Assembly: GCA_047967505.1 (NCBI GenBank)
Contig: CM106538.1
DNA: 64,000 nucleotides
Source: Dipteris shenzhenensis
Taxonomy: Eukaryota
Direction: 5' to 3' (one strand)
A model generated the notes under the pieces. The model was not told the origin of the DNA. It did not search any database and worked only from the letters and a program-made list of their open reading frames with translations. How positions within the stretch are numbered: position 1 is the first letter of the stretch; each line of letters opens with the position of its first letter. A program made the translations under genes and the position numbers. This document shows, piece by piece, positions 35,527 to 46,767 of the stretch.

Positions 35527-37741
35527 ATCATCAAAGTAATCTGTTTCTAACAATAGTCTTCTAAGCCATATAGCCTCACATGCACTTGTAGTGAGTGCTC
35601 TATATTTTGCTTTAGTCAAAGACAAAGAGATAGTTGGCTGTTTGTTTGACAACCATGATATAGCACCTTGACCAAGGAAAAATGCATATCCCTGTGTCGA
35701 TCTCCCGGTCTCATGATCTCTGGCATAGTCACTATCATAGTATCCATGCAACCGTGGATGACTTCCTCTCTATTCTATCCCAAATTATCTTGTACTTCTG
35801 ATTTATCTCAAGACTCTTTTGGCTGCATTCCAATGAGACTGTTTTGGATTTGCCATAAACTGTGCTAGTGAGCTTACTGTATAATAAATATCTGGCCATG
35901 TGATTGTTAGATATATAAGAGATCCAATGAGTTGCCTGTAGTTTCTGTCATTGACTATAGGCTTTTTTGAATCTTTAGTAAGTTTCAAACTCTGTTCCAT
36001 AGGAGTGGCTACAATCTTGCAATCTGCCATATGAAACTTCTTCAGGAGACTGTCAACATACTTGAGCTGACTCATGAATGTGCTATCTGAAGTTCTCCAA
36101 AACTCAATTCCAAGACAATAGTGCATAAGTCCAAGATCTTTCATGTTGAATTCTGCAGATAAGTCTTGTTGCAGTTTTCTAATGAAGCTATCCTTGATTC
36201 CTATAACAATCAGATCATCTATGTATAAAAGTGCAATAGGAATGTCTTCCCCTTGAACTTTGTAGTAGAGAGTATGATCTGCATTGGACTTCATGTATCC
36301 TAGATCAGCAAAATACTTGTCGATTCTGCTGTACCAACTTTTGGGTGCTTGTTTTAAGCTATAGAGGCTTTTCTTGAGATGGCAAACCTTATTCTCCTTT
36401 CCTAGTTCAACATAACCTACTAGTTGTTACATGTAGACTTCCTCGTCTAGATAACCATTGAGAAATGTATTCTTGACATCGAGCTAATACACATTCCATC
36501 TGCTGAGTGTCGCTTGTGATATCAAGTACCATATGGAATCCATCTTTGCTACTGGAGCATAAGTCTCATCATAGTCTTGACCATATTGTTGTGCAAATCC
36601 TTTTGTAACTAGTTTGGCTTTGTATCTCTGAATACTGCCATCTGGGTTGTACTTCACTTCTGAGTACACTGTATCAGTCTGATGCATTTCCTCGCTTGCA
36701 AGAAACATATTACCATGTTCATTTGCAAAATGACTATGACTAGAATGTCCACCATGATGATTTCCTTTGCCTCAAAAATTCCCTCGATTGCTACTGGATT
36801 GACCTCCTTGGTTGTACTGCTTCTTGCGGCAATCTCTTTCATAGTGTCCAAACTTGTGACAGTAGTTGCATTGAATGCTTGACACATTGGTGGATGCATT
36901 CCCTCGTCCTTGAAATATTCCTCAGTTGGAATGATTTCCTCTTTGTTGATTCTGATGATGCTGATGCTGATTTTGTTGCTGATGATGACCACTTTTTTGA
37001 TATGATCTACCTCTGCCTCTGCCTGATCATTAGAATGACCTTTACATGCTTGAATTTCCTGAGTTCTAAGTTCTTCACAAAGTAGAACTGACTGAAGTTC
37101 TTCCAGTGTCGGAATTTGCCATTGAATGGCAATACTCTGGACTAGATTCTCGTATCCCTCTCTCAGTCCATTTAGAATGACTTGAACCATTTCTACGAGG
37201 TTCATAGTCTCTCCTGCTGCTGCAAGTTGATTGTTGTAGTCTTTTATGCAGAGTACATAAGCATGACCAGTTTCACTGCTGTTGCGGAGACTCTGGTTGA
37301 TCTGGTTTCTCAGGGTGAGAATCCTGGATGTGTTCTTGGACTTGTAGAGAGCTGCGAACATATCCCATGCTTCTTTTGATGTCTTGATTATGTTGAGCTA
37401 TCCTAGCATGACATCTTGCACATTCTACTTGATCAAATGATAGGCATCCTTGTCTTTCTTATCCCATTCTGCCTGAGCTCAGGCAATGGCAGGATCTGCT
37501 ACTGGTGTAGAACTATTTGTGCCACTGTAGATGTCATTGTAGATCCTGTTGCTGGTGCTATGACAATAGATGTAGTAGAGCTACTAGTGGCTGGATCAGC
37601 CAATGGTCTAGGTGTAGACCCATCGACATACTCCCATTTGTCTTGAAGTACAAGAATTGTCTCCATTCAATATTTCCATGTACTGTAATTGGAGTTGTCT
37701 AACTTAGCAGATGCCTCTAGATTGAGGTTGCTAGTCAACAT
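35527..37741 (-). pseudogene. C2 gag-pol remnant (gag joined to RT/RNase H; continues at 27909-28173)
   Basis: Junction QTDTVYS|EVKYNPDGSIQRY near 36660; LYIDDL; YYDSDYARD. Confidence 0.92.
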
Positions 37742-39967
37742 GGTGCAAGAAACGTACTCAAAAGTGTCGTGAAAATCTCTGTATGAATCAACTGCAAATA
37801 CACTGAGTATGCCAAGTGAAATCTCCAAACCATTGGTGAAGATAGAACTGCAATATATAAAATCTGATCTATATTACAAGGCTTGTGGCAATGATGCTGG
37901 GAATAGCCAAGAGGCTTTACAAGGCTGAAATGATGTGCACGATGCCGTGAGATAGCCAAATAGGCTTTACAATGTTGGCATGTGTGTGTGAAATCAAGTG
38001 TTATCTACCCACTAAATCAATCTGCAATGCCTCTGTACTCTCTGAAGTCTGCTCACTGAACTGATGAACGTAAAGTTTCAGGTAATGTAATGATGTGAAA
38101 CCGTATGTGAGTGTATGGATTGACTTCGAGTAGGTACTAGTCAGGAATTTCGGGCATGGCTTAGATTAGCAACTTGGGGAAATTCAAAGTGTCCCCTCTA
38201 TGGCAATCTAGTCTACTCTAATCTAGATCTATACCAACCATGGATTGATGAAAGGACAACAAATAATTCCTTTTCTTTTATTCTTTTTAAGTGCTGGGTC
38301 AGATGTGTCGATGTAGAGGCAAATGTGCATGAAGGAAGTGGTTTTGTTGGCGAGGCTCAAATGTGAGTGTAGCTTGCACCAAAATATGTGCATGATGTCA
38401 CAAGCGCATAGAGCACAAAAAAATGAGCGACTTTTCTTTTTGGAGTACCCTCAAATTCTTCATGGATCAAGAGATATGACTTGATCTAGGTGGAGGGGCA
38501 AAAGGAGTGCAAATGTGCTCAATGATGATGTGTCACTGTGGGTCACATGTAGTGATGATGTGGCACTATGCGTGCCCACAAAAATCAGTGCTCATTGGAT
38601 AGCTGAGATGGCATAAATGATGATATCAGTAGATGACATGGCAATGTTGACATGACAATGATGATGTGGTTGGTGATGTGACAGTGATGATGTGGCTGCC
38701 ACCGTGGTAGATGAGGTGGCAGATAATTCTGACATGGTGAGTGCGGGAGATTATTGATGTTGCAAGTGGGGTTGATGTGGCAAATAAGGAGATAAGGCCA
38801 CGTGTTAGGATGTAGTGCCCCAAAATCTGGGAAAGATGCCAACAGAATCTTTGGGATTCTGTCGTCTTCTCCGTCATTGGTCTTGAATGTTGAGCTTTGT
38901 GGAGGCGATGGAACGTTGTTGGCGAGTAGCCCGTTGGCTCTCTATAAGAATTGCTAATGAAGAAGCTTGCTGTTCGAGAGCCGAGATCATGAGCCAGTCG
39001 TTGGTGTTGGAGATATCGCTATTGTGCGGGATCGCTGCTTGGATTCAAGCTTGGAGCTTTGCAGGGACGTCACTACTACTGGAGAAGGTTGTATTCCTTG
39101 GAGGTTGTAGAGAAGTGCATTGGAGCATAGGAAGGAGCCTTAGAGCTCCTTAGTGCAGTCAGGCCATGAGCGTTGAGTCGAGGAACTTGGCGCAGAAGCT
39201 CTATTGGAAGCTTTGAGTTTGTAAGAGATAAAAGCAGGTCAAGGCTGAACACAAATGCAAGTCGAAGCATGTGCGTGGAAGCTTGCTGGAGCGTGCTAAG
39301 TCATCGATGATGTGTGCAGTGTTAGAGCAGCCAGTCGTTGTAGGAGGCTTTTCTTGGTGTAGAGGCTATCGTTGTTGGGCTAGAGTAGGGCTGGAGTAGT
39401 CGACTAAAAGACGACTATTGGAGAAGCTTCTTGAGCTGGTGGACATAGGCTAAGCACAGGACGTCATCGGCACTGGCAGTCAACGTATTGAAGGAGCTGG
39501 TGAGCTATAGTCACATAGGTGGCAATTGATGAGCCATGTGAGCTAGGAGCATTGGAGCCATAGGAGCTTGTATATGCTGCACACGGGCTATTGTAGTGCT
39601 GCTACTACAAGCTATGGGTTGTAGAGAAGGGGTTGCCTATGATGGGTGAGGTTGACTATTGACGATGTAGGGCTCAAGGGAATCCCGTGGCTGAACTCCT
39701 ACATTTCTATGCTTGTTGATGATGGTAATTACCTGCATAGCTCAAAACTCTACCTCACTCAATCGGATAGAATACAGAGGAGCAGCTCTCTCTCTCTCTC
39801 TCTCAATAAACAGAAATTCCTCACATGAATGGAATTCTCTCTTTCAATGAACAAAAATCCTTCACTCAACGGAAGTGAACAGAATGAAAGACTACCTCTC
39901 AATCTCTCAATCTCACACTCTCAAGGATTGCAATGCCTCAGCAGAAGGCAAGGGAGCTCTGATACCA

Positions 39968-40224
39968 TGACAAAATATGAAGAGGGGAGAGGAGAAGAGT
40001 GGAGATGAGGAGAGAGGGCATAGCTAGAGAGCACACCACAAATGACTAACTGTACACTAGATTTAGTTGAAAAAATAGAATATATACAAACCCATTTAGG
40101 GTTAGGGTTAGGGGATCTAACCCTTTCCTTTATAGCACTCTATAAGGTTAGTGCTATGCACATATGATCACATGATGGTGCTATGCACACACGATCACAT
40201 GATGTTGAGCGTGAACTCTCAACA
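39968..40224 (-). repeat. 5' LTR of C2
   Basis: Followed on the minus strand by PBS TGGTATCAGAGC. Confidence 0.95.
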
Positions 40225-40229
40225 AAAGT

Positions 40230-40520
40230 ATCCCATGCCTCATTCGACGTGCTTGCATCCTGAATATGCACAATCATAGAAATTGAAATATTGATAGACA
40301 GCCAGTACATAACTTTTCTGGCTCTCTCATGCCAGCCTTTAAATGCCTGCAACTCCTGTTGATTGGGAACATTAGGAATAACTAGTTCTTGTTCAGCTCT
40401 AGTAATGAACTCCCAATAGCCTTTTCCCTTAAGGAAATTCGTCATTCTAAACTTCCATGCTTGGAAGTTGTTCTTGCCAAGCTTTTCAGTGACAATCTAT
40501 GAAAGAGCATCAAATGCCAT
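40230..40520 (-). pseudogene. gag: N-terminal gag of D
   Basis: KLGKNNFQAWKFRMTNFLKGKGYWEFI..EAWDT. Confidence 0.88.
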
Positions 40521-41043
40521 TACAGAACACTGCAAAATATTCTGTTACTGGAAAAAAACACAACTTTTGCCTCACAAGGGCAAATCTGCAAAACTGACGA
40601 AAGTGGTATTTGACCACACAGTCACTTCCTAGTGATGATTATGCATCAACAGGCAATAAGAATGATTTTGTCACTCCCAATATCTCTATGCACAGACATA
40701 CGATGTAATTTTTGCGATAACTTTTCATCGACATGCAGAACAGTGGTCGCACATAAAAAATAGGGCACTTTCCTGAGTGCCTGTGGAAAACTTCCACCAC
40801 CAAAATGGGCCTCGAATCAAAAAAATAATTTCACCAAGGGCTTTGCCCTTACCGTAGCGTATACTGCCCTCTCGCCACACTGCAAAGGGCGTCTTGCACT
40901 CTTGCACTTTTCGACTGTGCTACCTGCAAAGATTTTCTCCCAAACTCGAAAAAAAAGGAAAGCAACACTGATCCTCTTACTAGGACACCATGAACTTGGT
41001 TTGCCTTCTTGAGCTCCTTACCATGAACCGAGCTCTGATACCA

Positions 41044-41371
41044 TGTGAAGAGAGTGAGAGAGAAGGAAGGAGTCTCACTTGCAGCTTTCTCACATACACA
41101 ATGGGGGAATATACACAAAGGTGGAGACTGAAAATAGTTTTCCTCTTCTTAGTTGTGAAAGCCAAAATAACCCTAAGTACAAAAGAATAGGTGAACCCTA
41201 TATGTGGGTCTCAAACCAAACTCAGCTATCTAAGGTGGCATACTAACTGAGACACTAACTAGAGTACATAAAGATAGCTGTCATCCAGCTATTATTCATG
41301 CTAACAAGTCGGTGACATAAATGCACAATAGTCACCCTGGCATATCACGAGTGGAGCTCGATATCTCAACA
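41044..41371 (-). repeat. 5' LTR of D (328 bp, about 25 bp shorter than the 3' LTR)
   Basis: Followed by PBS at 41032-41043. Confidence 0.92.
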
Positions 41372-41376
41372 ATGGC

Positions 41377-42067
41377 ACCAACATTGAGGGTATACCAACA
41401 GGCTGACCTACTAGAACTCAAGGATCCCAACATCATTGTGTCAAAATACCTTGAAGAAGCTACAAGAACATATGAAAGTATGAAAGAAGATAATTAGGTA
41501 GTTGATCAAAATCTAGACAAAGAAACATGGACATAGAGCCGGATTTACAAGTCAATAATCGGGGATATTACACAATTCCAAATAGCCCAAGAGAGAAGGG
41601 CTAAGAACCACACCAGAAAGCACTAAGATTTCCACAACCATCGATGCCTTACCCAAATATTCCCACTTTGAAATGCAAGTTCTTAGAATTTAGAGGAAAA
41701 GAGAAGGAAGATCTGTACAGCCACATGGCTCAATTCGGCAAGCAAGCACCTTTGACAAGAAAAGTTCTAATAGTTTGTTGGAACACTTGTGGGCAAAGAA
41801 ATGAGATGGTTTACCCCATATGGAGTGGCAAATTTTAGAAGGTATGATGAACTCACGACATCCATTTTGGGAAGATTAAAAAAGGAGAAGACTCTAAGTG
41901 ATGTTCGAAAAAAGTTGAAGAAATTGAAACAGAAGAAGCTATCAGTGGAGGATTATGCACATCAATTCCTAAATTTGAATGCAAAACTTGATCCCATAGA
42001 AAGGCCAACACTAGAAACAATGGTGGAATAATTCTACAAAGGACTACAACCAAAAATCAAAAGCGTC
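41377..42067 (+). pseudogene. gag: Decayed Gypsy gag (retrotransposon gag-like)
   Basis: FRGKEKEDLYSHMAQF; KLKQKKLSVEDYAHQFLNL; FYKGLQPKIK. Confidence 0.7.
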
Positions 42068-42109
42068 TGTTGACTCTGTGCCAACATGAACTTATGTAGA
42101 AAGGGAAGG

Positions 42110-42385
42110 TGATACAACTTTGTGATACAACTTTGTGTTACAACTTTGTGTTACAACTTCTAGATACAACTTTGTGTTACAACTTTGTGTAACAACTTAT
42201 ACATGTAGAAAGAGAATGTGTTACGACTTTGTGACACAACTTTGTGTTACAACTTTGTGTAACAACTTTGTGTAACAACTTTGTGTTACAACTTTGTGTT
42301 ACAACTTCTACATGTAGAGAGAGAATGTGTTACAACTTTGTGATACAACTTTGTGTTACAACTTTGTGATACGACTTTGTGTTAC
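42110..42385 (+). repeat. 13-bp tandem array (TACAACTTTGTGT) in the B/F LTR U3; also at 44071-44340, 45320-45440(-), 63540-63830(-)
   Basis: Direct inspection. Confidence 0.92.
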
Positions 42386-42799
42386 ATGCAGAGAGAGAAG
42401 CTCTCCAACTTGTATAAATACCCCATAATGGAATGAAGCCCACACTCTTTGGGGCATTGTGTTGAGTCTACTTTGGTATTCCAAGCATTTGTCTCAAGTG
42501 TCCATGCTTCCTTGCACTGCACGTCCAAAAGCATGTCCTAACCTTGCAACTCCTCCTCCCCTCTCCTCCAACCTTGCAACCCACCCTCTCCCTCTCCTCC
42601 TCCCTCCTCCTCCTTCCTCCTCCTCCTCCCTCCTCCTCCTCCTCTCTCCTCCTCCTCCCTCCTCTCTCTTCTTTCCCCCATGCTCTTACACCTTCTTCCT
42701 CTTCCACTCCTATGCTCCCCTAAACCCTTTGTTCCTCAACCCTTAAAACTCCATGATCTATGAGGGAGATGAGTTCTCCACCATGTACTCTACCTTGAA

Positions 42800-43020
42800 C
42801 GCTGGAACCTCCTTTTAAACCCTGGAACTCTTCCTAAACCCTAGAACCTCCTTCTGAACCCTGGAACCTCCTTCTAAACCCTGGAACTCTTTCTAAACTC
42901 TGGAACCTCCTTCTGAACCCTGGAACCTCCTTCTGAACCCTGGAACCTCCTTCTAAACCCTGGAACTCTTTCTAAACCCTGGAACCTCCTTCTGAACCCT
43001 TAAACTCCTCCTAAATCCTA
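42800..43020 (+). repeat. 20/21-bp tandem array (AAACCCTGGAACCTCCTTCT) in the B/F LTR; also at 4800-4920, 44760-45020, 57270-57560(-)
   Basis: Direct inspection. Confidence 0.88.
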
Positions 43021-45303
43021 CAACCCCCAATGAAGGTGAAAGCCTTCATTACCTCAACAAAGATGATTTACGTTCCTTTTACACATGCATGCACTTTGTT
43101 TGCTTACCACACTTAAGCCTACGTCTCTCACCGGAACATGACTCGAGGTCCTAAGCTACACATATACTACAACCGACAATCCCAATATATCTGTAGGTGA
43201 CAAAAAGCCTCGGAACCCTGCAAACATAGAATACCCAGCTCTTCCTACAAAAGCAGTAGGAAAGAGCAAACTTTTGGTGCCATTGCTGGGGAGACTAGCG
43301 TCTCAAGTAAGAGTAAACATACGCAGGTATGTGTAGAAAACACTGAAATTTCACAAACATAACACTCAAGGGCAAGGAGAGAGAATTTTTTTTTTCCATT
43401 TCTAGCCAAACATATCAACCCCAAGCATCAACCTTGGGTAACTACCTTAAGAATTTTTCTTAATTTCTTAAATAGAAGCCACAGGATATACAATCAAGCT
43501 AGGTAGTGGACACGAATGCGTAGAGCTTGCAATTTTGCTCATTTTACCTTTTTACAGAAAAGCAAACCAAGCTCTCCATAAAGAGTTATGGCTCAGGAAG
43601 AGTTTAGGGTTAAACCCTAAACCTAAAATCACATCCTATAAAAACCCACTCCACCCCCTCATTCTTCATCTTACACTTTTTGCCTCCATTCTCTTCTTCA
43701 TTCCGAGCCCCATGCAAGACACTCCTCCCTCTCCATCGACCACCACCTTACTCCCATCCTCGCATTGTAAGTGACTTTGAGCCCTTCTCATAGCGATAAC
43801 CTAGCCTTCCACCCATCGTCCATTGTTCCACAACAATCTCGTTACATCAAGAAAGTCTTGGAGAGCATTCAGGTGACCACTTCTCCCTCCTTTTCAATTT
43901 CCATCCATCAAGTTTTTGTGCTCTTTTTTTTTCCCCCTCCCATCACCACCCCCTCCCCCCTCCCCCCTCCCCCCTCCATCTCCACCACCACCTCCCCCCT
44001 CCATCTCCACCACCACCTCCCCCCTCCATTTCCACCTCCCCCTCTCCCCTCCACCTCCTTTTCCACCTCCAACTTTGTGTTACAACTTCTAGATACAACT
44101 TTGTGTTACAACTTTGTGTAACAACTTTGTGTTACAACTTTGTGTTACAACTTCTACATGTAGAGAGAATGTGTTACGACTTTGTGACACAACTTTGTGT
44201 TACAACTTTGTGTAACAACTTTGTGTTACAACTTTGTGTTACAACTTCTACATGTAGAGAGAGAATGTGTTACAACTTTGTGTTACAACTTTGTGATACA
44301 ACTTTGTGTTGCAACTTTGTGATACGACTTTGTGTTACATGCAGAGAGAGAAGCTCTCCAACTTGTATAAATACCCCATAATGGAATGAAGCCCACACTC
44401 TTTGGGGCATTGTGTTGAGTCTACTTTGGTATTCCAAGCATTTGTCTCAAGTGTCCATGCTTCCTTGCACTGCACGTCCATGTCCTAACCTTGCAACTCC
44501 TCCTCCCCTCTCCTCCAACCTTGCAACCCACCCTCTCCCTCTCCTCCTCCCTCCTCCTCCTTCCTCCTCCTCCTCCCTCCTCCTCCTCCTCCTCCCTCCT
44601 CCTCCTCCTCCTCTCTCCTCCTCCTCCCTCCTCTCTCTTCTTTTCCCATGCTCTTACACCTTCTTCCTCTTCCACTCCTATGCTCCCCTAAACCCTTTGT
44701 TCCTCAACCCTTAAAACTCCATGATCTATGAGGGAGACGAGTTCTCCACCATGTACTCTACCCTGAACCCTGGAACCTCCTTCTAAACCCTGGAACTCTT
44801 CCTAAACCTTGGAACCTCCTTCTAAACCCTGGAACTCTTTCTAAACCCTAGAACCTCCTTCTGAACCCTGGAACCTCCTTCTAAACCCTGGAACTCTTTC
44901 TAAACTCTGGAACCTCCTTCTGAACCCTAGAACCTCCTTTTGAACCTTGGAACCTCCTTCTAAACCTTGGAACTCTTTCTAAACCCTGGAACCTCCTTCT
45001 GAACCCTTAAACTCCTCCTAAACCCTACAACCCCCAATGAAGGCGAAAGCCTTCATTACCTCAACAAAGATGAGTTACGTTCCTTTTACACATGCATGCA
45101 CTTTGTTTGCTTACCACACTTAAGCCTACGTCTCTCACCGAAACATGACTCGAGGTCCTAAGCTACACATATACTACAACCGAAAATCCCAATATATTTG
45201 TAGGTGACAAAAAGCCTCAGAACCCTGCAAACATAGAATACCCAGCTCTTCCTATGAAAGCAGTAGGAAAGAGCAAACATTTGGCACTGCTACCAAGGAG
45301 TAT

Positions 45304-45480
45304 AGTTGACATATTCTCTCTCTACATGTAGAAGTCGTAACACATTCTCTCTCCACATGTAGAAGTTGTAACACAAAGTTGTTACACAAAGTCGTAACAC
45401 AAAGTTGTATCTAGAAGTTGTAACACAAAGTTGTATCACCTTCCCTTTCTACATAAGTTCATGTTGGCACAGAGTCAACA
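45304..45480 (-). repeat. First ~177 bp of the 3' LTR of B (truncated)
   Basis: Reverse complement of the LTR start at 42068. Confidence 0.88.
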
Positions 45481-45514
45481 TACTCCCAGATCCATTTTAT
45501 TACCCGTCCTTGGG

Positions 45515-46758
45515 TTATGGCTTATTGCGATCATGTACCTGGGTTGCCATGTTTTTAGTCCAGTGGCTGTGGAACTTATGTCGTGCCAGTCGATCCTGCT
45601 GTAGAGCCTTAGCACCATACAATTTTTGTGCAATTTCCAGGTAGCCTGTATCTACCATTTGCTCGAACAGAGATATGTGGTGTGCCTCCAAGAAGATCAC
45701 TCTTTGATAGAGTCAGCTTGTAATCTGAGCATCAATCCTTTCATTGGGATTAAAGCTGAGTGGAGGCAAATGGGAATGAAGGTAACATGGGACCTCTAGA
45801 ATGAATTCTAATGTTTTACAGAATATGGCACTTTGGCGAAGGAAGCGATCAATGTTGCCGCGCATTATTTATTCATGCTGCTGAAGTGCTCGGATCATGG
45901 TGCCTTGGATATTCCATTCTACACCAAAGTAGGGTTCAATCATTGGCCAATTAATGACTCGATCTTCAGCCAAAGTGTGTATGTTGGCTTCCCATTTTTT
46001 ACGCCATGGAACTGCATAGAACTTGAGTTGGGTTCTGAGACATGAGGTGCCTGTAAGTACTCCTTTAAGAAGATTACATCAAAGAGCTTGGGATGGCGCC
46101 AATCAGGTTGTGGATCCAATTTTCTAATCCAACCTTCACTTATTTGATGCTGACGAAGGTTGGTAGGAAAGTTATCCAGGGTCCATCCACCGCGAGTTTT
46201 CATATCAGGATATTTGCTCCAAAATTCCTTGATGGGGTTACTAGGAAGTGGTATCTCATCAAAATCATACCCATCATTGGAACTTGGCATGGGCGTACGA
46301 ATTGGATTATCCGGATCCTGATATTCAAAATCAAATACTGTGTCATTTTTTGCTGATGGAAGCACCAGAAGTGTCGGAGGTGATGACGGGGCCGGGAGAG
46401 AATCAGGGGACATTGGGGAGAAATATGGCTAACTGATAGTGGCAGAAGGGGGAGTAGAGGGAAGGGGGGGAAGAATTGGGCAAATGGTTTGAGCAGCTTG
46501 GTAATCCTCAAGGGTAGGATTAGCAAGGGAGGGGAAAAAGCTAGGTGTGAGGGGCTCATAAGTTTGTGACTGTTGGGTAAGTTGAAAATGGTGAGAGGCA
46601 TGAGCAAAGAGACGATGGAGGAAATAGATGTTAGGATGGAGCTCGGGGAAGGTTAAGAGGGTGGTAGCAGCAAGAGGAAGTGAGGTTATGATGTTGGCAG
46701 AAAGAGTGGTTAGATATGGGAAGTTGGATGTGAGATAGGCCTTGTCATCTTCTGACAC
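45515..46758 (-). pseudogene. Distal extra ORF remnants of B, unknown function
   Basis: Sense ORFs 46429-46758, 45940-46413 and 45515-45700 with protein-like composition. Confidence 0.5.
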
Positions 46759-46767
46759 TTCTCTTTG

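Larger units (their letters stand above)
27562..40224 (-). mobile_element. Ty1/Copia copy C2 (family C; protease and integrase deleted), inserted in gag of D
   Basis: 257-bp LTRs 27562-27818 and 39968-40224 (about 6 mismatches); PBS 39956-39967; perfect TSD AAAGT. Confidence 0.95.
25159..41371 (-). mobile_element. Ty1/Copia element D (RT/RNase H deleted), outer host of the nest
   Basis: LTRs 25159-25511 and 41044-41371 (TG..CA); PBS 41032-41043; PPT 25512-25520; TSD gtggc/atggc. Confidence 0.92.
42068..45300 (+). mobile_element. Deleted Gypsy derivative F: LTR 42068-43272, PBS, leader to about 44070, 5'-clipped LTR 44071-45279, PBS remnant
   Basis: Two direct LTR copies; tggtgccattgctgggga after the first and tggcactgctaccaagga after the second; leader matches 56200-56980 in reverse; no TSD. 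Confidence 0.85.

Noticed and set aside
39646-39740. Second captured LRR fragment in the C2 leader (IDDVGLKGI)
   Set aside because: Similarity too short to distinguish from chance.
42068-45480. Ginger-like DNA transposon with TGT..ACA terminal inverted repeats
   Set aside because: No TSD (gcgtc vs tactc); both ends are LTR starts, one leading to a PBS and the other preceded by B's purine tract.
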